Translations under genes and position numbers: made by a program
Shown: positions 17,855-28,679 of the stretch, in pieces
Position numbering within the stretch: position 1 is the first letter of the stretch
Layout: each line of letters begins with the position of its first letter
The notes under the pieces: model-generated
The model's database searches: none
Told to the model about the DNA's origin: nothing
The model's input: only the letters and a program-made list of their open reading frames with translations
NCBI GenBank assembly: GCA_023251395.1
Contig: JAHEYW010000004.1
Span: 1 to 43,090 of the forward strand
Direction of reading: 5' to 3'
DNA: 43,090 bases
From: Bacteroidales bacterium
Lineage (GTDB): Bacteria > Bacteroidota > Bacteroidia > Bacteroidales > VadinHA17

Positions 17855-20800
17855 TCATATAAATTTTTCATTAATATAAACAAATTTTGTCTCTTTTGCA
17901 GGGTTTCTGTAAAGTAACCTAAGCAGCGACGGGAACACCATCAGCAGAAGAGGCATTGCAATTATAAATCCACCGATTACTGCAATAGCAAGCGGTTGCT
18001 GCATCTGAGCTCCCACGCCAATTCCCAGTGCCAGGGGAGTTAACGCCAGAATGGCACCGATAGCTGTCATAAGTTTTGGACGTATACGAAGTGAAATAGC
18101 ATAGTTGATAGACTTATCAACATCAGATGTTGTCTTTAAAGTCGTAAGAAACTGGTTGACAGTAAAAATTGCATTCTCTGCGATAACCCCGACAATCATA
18201 ATAATACCTGTATAACTTCCGACATTCAGCTGAATGCCAGTAATGAACAAAGCCCAGATACACCCTCCGATTCCCAGAACTGAAATAAATATGATCAATA
18301 ATGCAAGACGAAGATCTCTGAACAGAAATAAAAGAACAGTGAATACCAGTATTATTGCTGTCATCAATATGAGTAAGAGTTCCCGGAAGGATGATTGCTG
18401 CTGCTGAAAGGTGCCTCCATACTCGATATAATACCCTGGCGGTAGCAATACATTTTTGGCAATTACCTCCTTTATTTCATTGATTGCACTACCCATATCC
18501 CGATTTTCAAGCCTTGCAGTGACTTCGATATTTGACTTAAGATCCTCCCGGGTTAATTCCGGGTCTCCGGCAGATAATTGGACATTTGCATAGTACTTTA
18601 ATGGTTTGTATGATCCATCTGGTGAAAATACTGGTTGGTTCTTTATCAGGTCAACGCTATTGTTTTTAAAACTGGTATAACGTAACCGGATATTCAGCAT
18701 TTGTTCCCCTTCCTGAATTTGTCCGACAGGTATTCCTTCATTATAAACCTGAAGCTGGGTCTGAAAATCCGAAGGGGTTATTTTGTACTGTGCCAGCTTA
18801 CTCTGGTCGGGAAGTACAGTTACAGAAGGGCCATCATAAATAATTCCATTTATTATATCGGCAACACCTTTAACCTTATTAAGATTTTCCTGCACCCTGA
18901 TCGCTAATTCCTACAGTGTGGCCTGATTGTCTCCAAATATTTTGATGACAACAGGTTGGGGCCGACCGATCAGATCGCCAAGCAGATCAGCGATCCTCTG
19001 TCCGAATTCTATCTCAAGAGCCGGTGCAACAGCTGTGGCCCTGTCGCGAAGTTCGGAAATGACATCCTCTGTTTTCCGTTTCGTACCGGGCTTCAACTGG
19101 ATCAGATAATCTCCGTAATTAGGCGGAATTACTCCTGATGCCATACTTATTCCCGATATCATGTTGGTCCCGGTTCGTCTCATATATGTTTCAACGTCAG
19201 GATGACTCAGTACAACCTTATCAACTTCTTTTAGTATTGCATCAGATGCGTCAAGGGTTGTCCCGGCCGGAGCAATGTAATCAAGGACTATTGATCCTTC
19301 ATCAAGCTCAGGTAAGAAACCGGTTTTAAGCCTGTTTATCAGTAAAGCGGAAGAGACTGCCAGCAAAAGAATGAAAGCAATTGCAAACCAGGGTTTGTTA
19401 AAAAACCAGATCAACCACCATAGTCTCTGACGTTTAAGAGGAACCCCGGATTCTTCAATAACAGGAAGCTTTTTATGTTGCTTATAACCAAAAAACAGAT
19501 GCAGGGCAGGCAACCCTATCCAGGTAGCGACAAAGGAACAAACCAGGGTTATCTCCATGGTCAGAGTCAGTTCTTTGAAAAAACTTCCTGCAACTCCGCT
19601 CATCATTACAAAAGGCAGAAAGATCACAATGGTACTCAATGAGGATCCTATCATTGCCGGAAGGAACATCTTCATTGATTCCCTGACAACGGTATACTTG
19701 TCTTTCTCCGGATTTTCTTCATGTACCCTGTGCAATTGCTCGATAATAACTATTGCATCATCTATTATCAAACCGATTGATGCTGCTATTGCACCTAACG
19801 ACATGATATTAAGAGTAATATGTACAAAATGAAGAACTGTTACTGTAAGTGCAATCGTTACAGGAATTATAAGGATTATATTAAGACTTGCCCTGAAGGA
19901 GCGTAAAAACAGAATAACAACAATTATGGCGAGGAACAATCCTTCATAAATACTTCTGAGAACGCTGTCAATAGAGTTTTTTACAAATGCTGATTGATCA
20001 TAATATGGCTTCATAGAGATCCCTGCTGGCAAATGTTTTTGAATCGCTGATGCCTTTGAGTTCACACTATTCGTAAAGTCAATGAGATTCACTCCTTTCT
20101 GCTTTACAAGGTCAATAAGCACAGCGTCATGTCCGTTTGCGTTGATCCTGATAAATTCCTGCTGCTCCTGAAGATCAACCTGTGCCACATCACGGAGCTT
20201 AATTATCCGATGGCCATCATTTTTAATAGTAACCTCAGTTAATTCACCAATATTTTTAAATCTTGTATCAGTAAGCGACAGATATAATCTTCGATAATCT
20301 GAAAGTAGTCCGCTGGACTCTATGAAATTTGTATTCCCCAGTGCGACTATTATATCATCATGGGTCAGCCCAAGCGAGACCAGTTTTTGGGGGATTGGAG
20401 ATATAACAAATTCTTTTGTTTTTCCTCCCCTGATAATTACATTGGATATGCCTGGTATCTGTGAAAACTGTGGTCTGATATTAAAAAGAGCCAGGTTTTT
20501 CAGTTCTATCTGACCATATTTATCGCTTTCGATTGTATATCCTATAACAGGGTAAATTGACTGGCTCATTGCCTCCACCACAATATTTACAGATGATGGC
20601 AAAGAATTTCTTATTTCATTAATCCGTTCATTAAGCTGGGTTTTTGCCAGATTGATATCCACATTCCAGTCGAAAAAAGCATCTATTGTACAACTTCCGC
20701 GATTTGTGCTGCTCCTTACTGTGGTAATCCCGTTGACTCTTTTTATTGCAACCTCCAGGGGCTTGGTTACTGTTATCATCATCTTGTCAACTGGTTGTTC

Positions 20801-20956
20801 ACCATTGTCGGCAATTATGGTTATTTTAGGGAATGTAACATCAGGAAAAAGAGATGTCTGCATTTTTGTAAAAGAATAGATTCCCCAAAGGAGAAAAGCA
20901 ATAAGAACAAACAGGATTGGTTTAAGGAAAAACCTGTATATGTTTTTATTGTCCAT
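17855..20956 (-). pseudogene. RND efflux permease (AcrB/CzcA family) interrupted by a single in-frame TAG
   Basis: The 681-aa and 346-aa ORFs are in the same frame (18911 minus 18893 = 18). The junction reads KIFGDNQATL-TAG-ELAIRVQENLNKVKGV. Combined length is about 1030 aa, normal for this family. Confidence 0.8.
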
Positions 20957-22319
20957 TGCTTAATGGTTTAATCACCCTGACAGTTGCCGTATCACCCAAT
21001 CCGAAATTACCTGAGGAGAGGAATAAATCAGTATCAATAAATGATGGTGATTTAATCTGAACATACTCGTTTTCGCTGATACCGGTTATCACCGGAACTT
21101 TAATAGCTGTTGAATCATTAATAAGTTTCATTACCCAGAAATTCTGCATGGTTTCATCGGTAAGAATGGCTGATTTTGGCAAGCTTTCGGCTTTCCCGGC
21201 GGATTCCTTTATTATCCTGATTTTAGCAATCAGGTTTTCCGGCAGATTTACCGGTTCTGAGAGTTTAATGATAAACCGTTCTGTTTGCGAGGTGCCGTTC
21301 ATTGATGGGAACCGGGACTTAATTACTCCTTGAATAGATTTGCCATCCGGCAGGATGATTTCACAGGCTGAATTAATTTTTAAAGAACCTGAAAGTTCGA
21401 AAGGTATATCAAGTATAAATACAAAACTTTCAGGAATTGCTATCTGGCATAACTGTTCTCCCTCAGCAACATAATCACCTTTAGGATGATCAATAGAAGA
21501 AACCATTCCTGAAACGGCGGCCCTGACATCAACATTGCCTTTAAAATTCAGGGTATTCGTTGAATCACTCACAATAGCAGATGCTTCCTTCGTTTTTATA
21601 GTAAACAACTGTTTGTTATTTACAACAGCATCGCCCTGACTAATAAACATATTTTCAATATACCCGGTCACAGGAGCCTTGACCGAAGCCTTAAAAAGAA
21701 ATGCTGATGTTGCGCTTAATTCAAGATAATTTGAAACCGGGCCCCTGCGTAATGCTGTCACAGTTACAGGAATTGCTGAAGTTGCTGTTTTTTCTGAAAT
21801 AGCAGAAGAATTATGACATCCGGTAAAAAGTATTATTGTCAGAATACCGACAACGAGGAATTCTTTATTTATCCTGGATATTTTATTCAGGGTAAGGTCA
21901 AACGACCAGTTGCCGGCACCCGAAATAAGCAAATAAAAAAGTAATACTGTCATTGCAAAATCTGTCCGGTATTCATGAGCCATCGCCCAGAAACCCTTAT
22001 TAAGCAGAATTGGCCATTTCGTTGTTATAAAGGCGGTAAACATGATGATAATAAGAGGAAAAGCCGCCAATCTGACAAGCAAACCAGTTAAAATGAAAAC
22101 AGCACAAATAATTTCGAAGGTACCAGTGAAATAAGCCCAGAAACCTGGATTGGAGAAACCAATTTGTAAAAACCTGCCTGTTCCCAATGATTCAGGGAAA
22201 AGGAACTTTTGAATTCCCTCTGAAAGGAAGACTAACCCAACAATCAAACGGATAAGGATTACTTTATTATCATCTACCGTGTGTAAAATAACCCATTTAA
22301 GCCCCTTATTTGTTTCCAT
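20946..22319 (-). CDS. DoxX-domain membrane protein fused to an RND-type periplasmic adaptor (MFP)
   Basis: Residues ~20-145 look DoxX-like (LIVGLVFLSEGIQKFLFP, four TM). A lipoprotein-signal-like segment VVGILTIILFTGC follows, then adaptor motifs VKAPVTGYIENMFISQGDAVVNNKQLF and AAVSGMVSSIDHPKGDYVAEGEQL. The 11-nt overlap with the RND start suggests translational coupling. Confidence 0.7.
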   Translation of the reverse strand: METNKGLKWVILHTVDDNKVILIRLIVGLVFLSEGIQKFLFPESLGTGRFLQIGFSNPGFWAYFTGTFEIICAVFILTGLLVRLAAFPLIIIMFTAFITTKWPILLNKGFWAMAHEYRTDFAMTVLLFYLLISGAGNWSFDLTLNKISRINKEFLVVGILTIILFTGCHNSSAISEKTATSAIPVTVTALRRGPVSNYLELSATSAFLFKASVKAPVTGYIENMFISQGDAVVNNKQLFTIKTKEASAIVSDSTNTLNFKGNVDVRAAVSGMVSSIDHPKGDYVAEGEQLCQIAIPESFVFILDIPFELSGSLKINSACEIILPDGKSIQGVIKSRFPSMNGTSQTERFIIKLSEPVNLPENLIAKIRIIKESAGKAESLPKSAILTDETMQNFWVMKLINDSTAIKVPVITGISENEYVQIKSPSFIDTDLFLSSGNFGLGDTATVRVIKPLSNGQ

Positions 22320-22458
22320 GATCTGTTTAATATAACCTTAAACAAAATCGGGTGTAAATGGTTTACTTACAGGCACAATATTAACATTCTGGGACAAAGT
22401 CAGGATTGTTACAAAACAAGGTTGGGGAAACGCTAAGATTCCAGATTATTCCAGATAT

Positions 22459-22752
22459 TTAGTCAACAACAGGGAGTGTTGGCTCTTCTTCTCTGTCTTT
22501 TTGTGGTTTGGCATTCTTCTTCCCCCGAAGGATTATAGAAATACCACGATCCTTATCATTGCGGACAACTCTGATAAGCTTTTGTTTTTTCAGAACCACA
22601 GAATCCATGTCATATCCTTCCTGGGAATAGCTGCTATAGTTTATATCCCGGGAGATGCTTACAACATCATTACCGAAGAGAACAAAACAAAGGATTACTA
22701 ATTTTGCAATTACCAAAGGAATAATCACTTTCTTCACTTTTCTCCAGTTCAT
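22459..22752 (-). CDS. Hypothetical single-TM protein
   Basis: MNWRKVKKVIIPLVIAKLVILCFVLF is a membrane anchor. I prefer this internal ATG to the longer ORF in the track. Confidence 0.45.
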   Translation of the reverse strand: MNWRKVKKVIIPLVIAKLVILCFVLFGNDVVSISRDINYSSYSQEGYDMDSVVLKKQKLIRVVRNDKDRGISIILRGKKNAKPQKDREEEPTLPVVD

Positions 22753-22898
22753 ATTAAACACTTTTTTAATGGATGCAAATTTACTTATATTCTGATGCTT
22801 AGTACTATATCCGGCATCATTTAAGATAAATTTAACGTTCAAGGTCATTTTGGGTTAAAACCCGGGGACTTACCGCTGGCTAAAGTCAACGGTTGGGT

Positions 22899-23921
22899 CT
22901 ATTGTGGTTTGTTCTTTTTAAGGAATGGAGTTACTGCATTTTTGACCTTTTCTGTCTCACAGCTAAATGCAGTGTGTCCGCAATCGCCAGTAAGCGTCAC
23001 CAGCTGAGCATTGAGTTTTTCGCATAGTTTTATAGCTGAGGCAGGGTTAACAAGATGATCCTGAGCAGATAAGATTATAAGCATATCTGTTTTTATTTTG
23101 TTTCTGATTTCATCGAAACTGATTCCTGCACTTTTATAGATATCGTGTGAGATCATAGCTTTCAATCCTCCAAGGTAATCTTCCGGCTTCATCAATTTTG
23201 TGTATTCTCCCCCGAGAAAAGCATTAAGGCTCTCCTCATTTCTTGTTTTTACAAAATATGCCGGAGTATTCAGGTTCATGAGCAATATATTATATGCACG
23301 CCGGTATGCAAAGTCAAGCTTCACTTTATCTGATCCTGCTTCGGTAATGAGATCTGCCATTGTCTGCCACACAAGTATATCGTAAGATGATTGCTTTGGT
23401 GTCCCCACAATTGGAATCGCTTTATCAGCGAAGCCGGGATATGCAACAACCCATTCAAATGTCTGCATGCCGCCCATCGATATCCCCATTACTGCCAGGA
23501 GATGGTTTATTTTCAAGACGTTAACCAGAAGCTGGTGTTGTGAATTTACCATATCCCGTATTGTGATATCAGGAAATCCAGGTGTATTTGATGGCGATGA
23601 GGAGACCCCGTTCGTGAGCGCATCAACAATTACAATATAGAGACCGGATGAATCTAAAAGACTCCCGGTAAAACCTCCGCTTATGATGCTCTCACTTTTG
23701 CCCTGAAACCACGTTGGCCATAATATCACATTACTTTTATCAGCATTAAGCCTGCCCAGGGTTCTGTAACCGACCTTGCAATTTTTAATTACATCACCAT
23801 TCCGGGTAGTAAAGTCTCCAATATTGGCTATTTTCAGTTCAGCCTGAGAAAAGGACGGCTGACAAAAACAAACCATGAAAAGAATGAATATTAATGAATA
23901 GAGCGATAGTTGTTTTTTCAT
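22899..23921 (-). CDS. Secreted alpha/beta hydrolase (homoserine O-acetyltransferase-like fold)
   Basis: Signal peptide ending PSFSQA, nucleophile elbow GISMGGMQ, C-terminal GDCGHTAF. Confidence 0.75.
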   Translation of the reverse strand: MKKQLSLYSLIFILFMVCFCQPSFSQAELKIANIGDFTTRNGDVIKNCKVGYRTLGRLNADKSNVILWPTWFQGKSESIISGGFTGSLLDSSGLYIVIVDALTNGVSSSPSNTPGFPDITIRDMVNSQHQLLVNVLKINHLLAVMGISMGGMQTFEWVVAYPGFADKAIPIVGTPKQSSYDILVWQTMADLITEAGSDKVKLDFAYRRAYNILLMNLNTPAYFVKTRNEESLNAFLGGEYTKLMKPEDYLGGLKAMISHDIYKSAGISFDEIRNKIKTDMLIILSAQDHLVNPASAIKLCEKLNAQLVTLTGDCGHTAFSCETEKVKNAVTPFLKKNKPQ

Positions 23922-24101
23922 TATCTCCGGATCAAAATAGTTTTACCTGAGTACCTTTTTATTCAATAAAGGTACAATTCAAAGGAATCAATGACAATTT
24001 CTTTAAATGAAAAAGATGAACCTGATTAATGTTTCCGAAAAATAAAGTATTTTGGTAGGTAGAGAATGATCGAAAACAGGTTCATATAAAAACAATAAAC
24101 C

Positions 24102-25193
24102 ATGAGCACATCAGAAAATCAGTTGAAGATAGGGAGGCGCGGGGCATTAAAAATGCTTGGTCTTGGAGCAGCAGGTATGCTGGCTGCAGGTTTACAAGAT
24201 GTAATAGCTTCAGAACCGGCAGATAAGAAACCAGCCCCCAAGCCTGTATTATCCAAAGGAAACAGCAGTGTTTCATTCACGACCGGTTCGGACAGGCACC
24301 AGATGCTATACGAGGTTGTTAAGCCATTTGAGTCTGAAATCAGAAAAGGTTTAAAAGATAAGCAGCTCATCATCAAAGTAAATATGGTCCAGACAACGGT
24401 ACCCCTTTGTGCCACACACGTTGATGCATTACGCGCCCTTCTTGAATATATGAAACCGATCTATAAAAAACAGATCATTATTGCAGAAGCCAGCTCTGTT
24501 ATCGACTCGGGAGCGGGGTTTAAAAATTATGGATATCTCGACCTTCAAAAGGACTATAATATCAAGTTTGTTGACCTGAATAATTCAAAAGGTACGCCAT
24601 TCTTCATTATTGACCCCGACCTCCATCAGGAGGAGATACCGATTGCTGAAACTTTGACGGATAAAAGTAATTATATCATTTCATTAACCCGGTTGAAGAC
24701 ACATAACAGAGTGGTAATGACTGCCGGAGTAAAAAATCTGGCAATGGGAGCTCCACTGGTAAGATCAAATGACAGAACTACCGGAAAGCATTACAAAAGC
24801 AGGATGCATTCAGGCGGAGAACGATTCCTTCACTATAATATTTATTTAATGGGTCAGAATATCCGCCCCGATTTTACTATTGTCGATGGTGTTGAAGGAA
24901 TGGAGGGCAACGGACCGATAGAAGGAACTCCGGTAAATCATAAGATAGCTCTTGCAGGAGAAGATGTAGTGGCTGTTGACAGCATGTGTGCAAGACTAAT
25001 GGGAGTGGAGCTCGATAATGTCGGATACCTGAATTATCTTTCTGCAGCAGGATTCGGGAATACCGAACGAGGGAAAATTGATATTATAGGAAGCGCTGTT
25101 CCTGAACAGCATATAATAAAGTACAAGCTTCACGATAATATAAACACACAGCTTGAATGGAAGAAACCTTTAAATCCGCAGCCACAAAAATAA
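24102..25193 (+). CDS. DUF362-like protein with a Tat-type signal peptide
   Basis: GRRGALKMLGLGAAGMLAAG is Tat-like. IVDGVEGMEGNGP is typical of DUF362. The family call is from memory. Confidence 0.6.
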   Translation: MSTSENQLKIGRRGALKMLGLGAAGMLAAGLQDVIASEPADKKPAPKPVLSKGNSSVSFTTGSDRHQMLYEVVKPFESEIRKGLKDKQLIIKVNMVQTTVPLCATHVDALRALLEYMKPIYKKQIIIAEASSVIDSGAGFKNYGYLDLQKDYNIKFVDLNNSKGTPFFIIDPDLHQEEIPIAETLTDKSNYIISLTRLKTHNRVVMTAGVKNLAMGAPLVRSNDRTTGKHYKSRMHSGGERFLHYNIYLMGQNIRPDFTIVDGVEGMEGNGPIEGTPVNHKIALAGEDVVAVDSMCARLMGVELDNVGYLNYLSAAGFGNTERGKIDIIGSAVPEQHIIKYKLHDNINTQLEWKKPLNPQPQK

Positions 25194-25293
25194 ATCGCAA
25201 CTACTTTTTACGCACATTTCTTAAAAAATAGCTGACCAAGGAGTTACACTGTGTTGGCACAGAGTGGCTCTGTTCCTATCACCCTAAAAAATG

Positions 25294-25319
25294 ATGAATT
25301 TTCAATAAATAAAATTCAT
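25294..25319. terminator. AT-rich hairpin between convergent genes
   Basis: ATGAATTTT (25294-25302) pairs with AAAATTCAT (25311-25319), loop 8 nt. Confidence 0.35.
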
Positions 25320-25359
25320 TCCGTGTTTACTCCGTGTTTACTCCGTGGTAAACTCCGTG
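25320..25359 (+). repeat. Tandem short repeat TCCGTGTTTAC x2, then TCCGTGGTAAAC, then TCCGTG
   Basis: Read directly. Unit lengths are 11, 11 and 12 bp plus a partial fourth copy. Confidence 0.8.
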
Positions 25360-25385
25360 AAAATCAGAGGTTAAAAAATTATTCA

Positions 25386-26186
25386 CTATTCAGTCAGAAT
25401 TATCATCTCTGAAGGCATATTCCGAAGTAATACAGATACCTTCTGATTTTCACTCAATGTAACCCCTTTTTCTGAGAATTTCCTGTAAAAAGTTTCAAGA
25501 GCTAATTCAGGAGTGTTATTGTTTTTACTAAGATGGGCAAGGAAAATACTCCGGAGGTTTTCGTTAAAATTTTCTGCCAGGAAATCGGCCGTCTGATGGT
25601 TCCCCAGATGACCGTGATCCGAGCGTATTCTTGCTTTTAGAAAATGAGGATAGCTTCCATTCTTCAGCATCTCTTCATCATAATTGGATTCAATTACAAG
25701 AAAATTAGCTGCTTTAATATATCGGGAAGCCGTCTCGCAAATATGACCCAGGTCAGTAACAATTGTTATCTTTTTGTCCCCGGCAGAAATATGGAATCCG
25801 ATTGTTTCAGGAGCATCATGGGAAACCGGGAATGCTTCTATATCGAAGCCGGCCAGATGGAAAGTCTGCTGAAGGGGGATCTCACGGATACAGTCAGTTG
25901 ATATTTGAATTTGTGGTGAGAGAATACTTTTCCAGATATTCCGCGTGGTGAAAGCAGGAAGATAGTTTTTCCTTGTAAGGACTTCCAGTCCCTTGATATG
26001 ATCTATATGATTGTGTGTTATCAAGACACCCATAATTGTCTGCATGGAGATATCCATGTTCTTCAGAAATTTCCGGATGGCGGTTGCGGAAATTCCGGCA
26101 TCGATCAGAATTCCATGAAACTCGTTTCCCAGGTAATAACAATTTCCACTGCTCCCACTGCTCAGGCTGCAAAAATTCAATTTCAT
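25386..26186 (-). CDS. MBL-fold metallo-hydrolase (YycJ-like)
   Basis: SGSSGNCYY, the metal motif ITHNHIDHIKG, later TDLGH and a C-terminal LAHLS. Start placed at MKLNF. Confidence 0.8.
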   Translation of the reverse strand: MKLNFCSLSSGSSGNCYYLGNEFHGILIDAGISATAIRKFLKNMDISMQTIMGVLITHNHIDHIKGLEVLTRKNYLPAFTTRNIWKSILSPQIQISTDCIREIPLQQTFHLAGFDIEAFPVSHDAPETIGFHISAGDKKITIVTDLGHICETASRYIKAANFLVIESNYDEEMLKNGSYPHFLKARIRSDHGHLGNHQTADFLAENFNENLRSIFLAHLSKNNNTPELALETFYRKFSEKGVTLSENQKVSVLLRNMPSEMIILTE

Positions 26187-26306
26187 CCGCCTCTCAATAA
26201 TTGGCATCAAAGGTACATATAAGTAGATTGAAAAAAGCAATGGTTTAGTCCTGGCAGGCTGATTCCTGTTGATCCTGTAAAATTATCATAGTGCTGCAAC
26301 AACAAT

Positions 26307-28679
26307 TCATTCGACCTTCAAGGCTTCTGCAGGGTTGACTGAGATTACCCTGTAAGCCTGGAAACTGACTGTCACCAAAGCAATTATGATTGCGCCGACA
26401 CCTATACCGACAAATATCGGTATACTGAGATCTATTTTGAGCGCAAATTGTTTAAGCAGGTTGTGAACGATAATCCAGCCTGTCGGGATTGCAATAATTA
26501 TAGAAATAAGGACCAGCACGAGGAACTCAACCGATAAAGTATACATAATACGGAGATTGCCGGCTCCAAGAACTTTTCTTATCCCGAACTCATGTGTCCT
26601 TCGTTCGGCAGAATATGATGATAATCAATAAAGTCCCAGACATGCTATTATCACTGCCAGGATTGTAAAATATTTTAGTAACCCGGTAAGCCGCATCTGG
26701 GATCTGAACAGATTTTCATAATCCTGATCAATGAAGGTATATTGCAGCGGATATTCAGGATAAATCTCTTTCCATTTTCTTTCGACAGATTTCAGAGAAC
26801 CGGGAATATTTCCGGGAGTCAATCTGATGAGAATGTTGCCAAGGTTGCTTGGAGGTGTAAGGGCAAAAGCCATTGGTTCAATGGCCTGATCAGCACCTTT
26901 GAAATGAAAGTTTTTCAGTACTCCGGCTATTGTTCCATGAATACCCATGAACCTGAAATTTTTCCCTACCGGGTCACCAACACCCATTATCTTTGCTACT
27001 TCTTCATTTATCAGAAAATTGCCTGTAGTGTCCTTTGCAATATCAGAAGGGAAATTTATCGAGAAATCACGACCAGAAACAAGTTTCATTTCCATTGTCT
27101 TTACATAATCATAATCAATGGTATTAACTCCGATAAGGACAACTTTCTCCGGATCCTTACCGTCCCAGCTGGCCCCACCCGAATTGCTTCCAATCATTAC
27201 AGGGTTACTCCTGGCTGCAGTAACTCCCTGAATAAGTGTTTCTTTCCGGAGTTCTTCTTTAAGTGAATAGTATTTCTTCTTCATGTCTTCTGCCATTGGG
27301 ATGCAGATCAGATTCTCTTTATTAAATCCAAGATCTGTTTCCCGCAATAACTTAAATTGCCGGTTGGTAAATACAGCGACTATTGCAATTAAAACAGAAA
27401 GAGTGAATTGCACCACAACAAGGATTTGTCTGAGCCGGACGCTTCCTTTTCCGGAAACAACATCCCCTTTTAGAACCTTCACCGGACTGAAGGAAGCAAG
27501 ATAAAATGCCGGATAAATGCCTGAAAAAAAGCAGGCAAGTAATCCTACAATTATAAAGCTTAAGATAAATCTTACCTGCAGAAGATCGGTCAGATTGAAA
27601 TGCTTGCCGGAAACATTATTAAAAACCCCAAGGAATAATCCAACCAGAATTAGTGCAAAAATCAGTGAAATTGCAACGAGTAACAATGATTCAAGCATAA
27701 ACTGAATTATCATTCCTTTATGATCTGCACCAACAACTTTTTTGATCCCGATCTCTTTCGCCCTGAGGGAGCCCTTTGCAGTTGAGAGGTTAATGAAGTT
27801 TATACAGGCAATGGTCAATATAAAAATTGCTATAAGCGTAAAAATATATATGGTAGTTATTGGCCCATTGTTTGTTCCAAAGCCAAATTGACCATGCAGA
27901 TGAATATCAAGTAATGGGAACAAAAGAAATTTCGTTGTTGTCGTTGGGTTATTCTCCAGGACAATGTCCGTAAGTTTCTTATTAACTGCATTTATATCAG
28001 CTCCCTTTTCCAGAAGAACAAAAGTAAAGATTGAATTATTACCCCATGAATTGCTTATTGCACCAATCTCCTTCAAGAATGAATACGGCAGGACTCCTTC
28101 AAAATTAAACAAGGAATTTTTAGGTAGATCTTTCAATACTCCTGTTACCATAAACTGGTACTTGTTTTCAAGGGTCAGGGTTTTTCCGACAGGATCGGTT
28201 TTGCCAAAGTATTTTCCTGCCAGCTTTTCAGTCAGAACTATTGAATTGGGAGAGCTTAGTGCAGTAAGCGGGTCTCCCTTCAGCATAGGTAATGTAAATA
28301 TTTTCAATAAGTCTGAATCGGCAGCTATTATTGACGACTCAAAGAAAACATTATCTTCCTGCCGGAATAAAATCCTTGGAAGACGGTTTATGCGAGTCTG
28401 TTGATTTATTTCAGGAATTTTCTCCTTCCAGACAGGTCCGCTTGGGTGTGGGGTGACTGTAACATGATATTTAGCGCCAGAATAAAACTGATCCTCTTCA
28501 ACCCTGTAAATGTTTTTCGCATTCAGGTTGAATTTTTCAAAACTGAATTCATCCTGAACCCATAATAAGATTAATAGTGATGCAGCAAGTCCGATTGCCA
28601 GCCCCGTTACGTTTATGAAAGTCACACCTTTATTTTTGGAAATATTCCTTACAGCAAAAAGAAAGAAGTTATGGAGCAT
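26307..28679 (-). pseudogene. Long MacB-like FtsX permease (about 790 aa) interrupted by one in-frame TGA
   Basis: The 684-aa ORF ends ACLGLY-TGA. The same frame continues LSSYSAERRTHEFGIRKVLGAGNLRIMYTLSVEF into the 79-aa ORF (26625 minus 26544 = 81). A second FtsX motif IGIKKVVGA lies in the N-terminal half. Confidence 0.8.

Noticed and set aside
22438-22457. A tandem 10-bp duplication ATTCCAGATT / ATTCCAGATA lies at the 3' end of the 22459-22752 gene.
   Set aside because: It is only two short AT-rich copies with no further occurrence in the window, so replication slippage is the likely cause.
26625-26627. Genome-wide stop-codon reassignment (TGA to Gly, or TAG to a sense codon) as the explanation for the two in-frame stops.
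   Set aside because: TGA ends well-defined genes at the expected length (xth, 12138-12545, 33895-34722). TAG ends the kinase at 6683-6685. Standard code 11 fits the rest of the window.
1247-28404. Many antisense or out-of-frame ORFs in the track lie inside recognised genes, for example 1247-1453, 6759-7193, 11438-11818, 19557-19832, 26742-27266 and 27964-28404.
   Set aside because: Each lies wholly within a longer ORF that has clear family motifs on the other strand or frame. None has motifs of its own.
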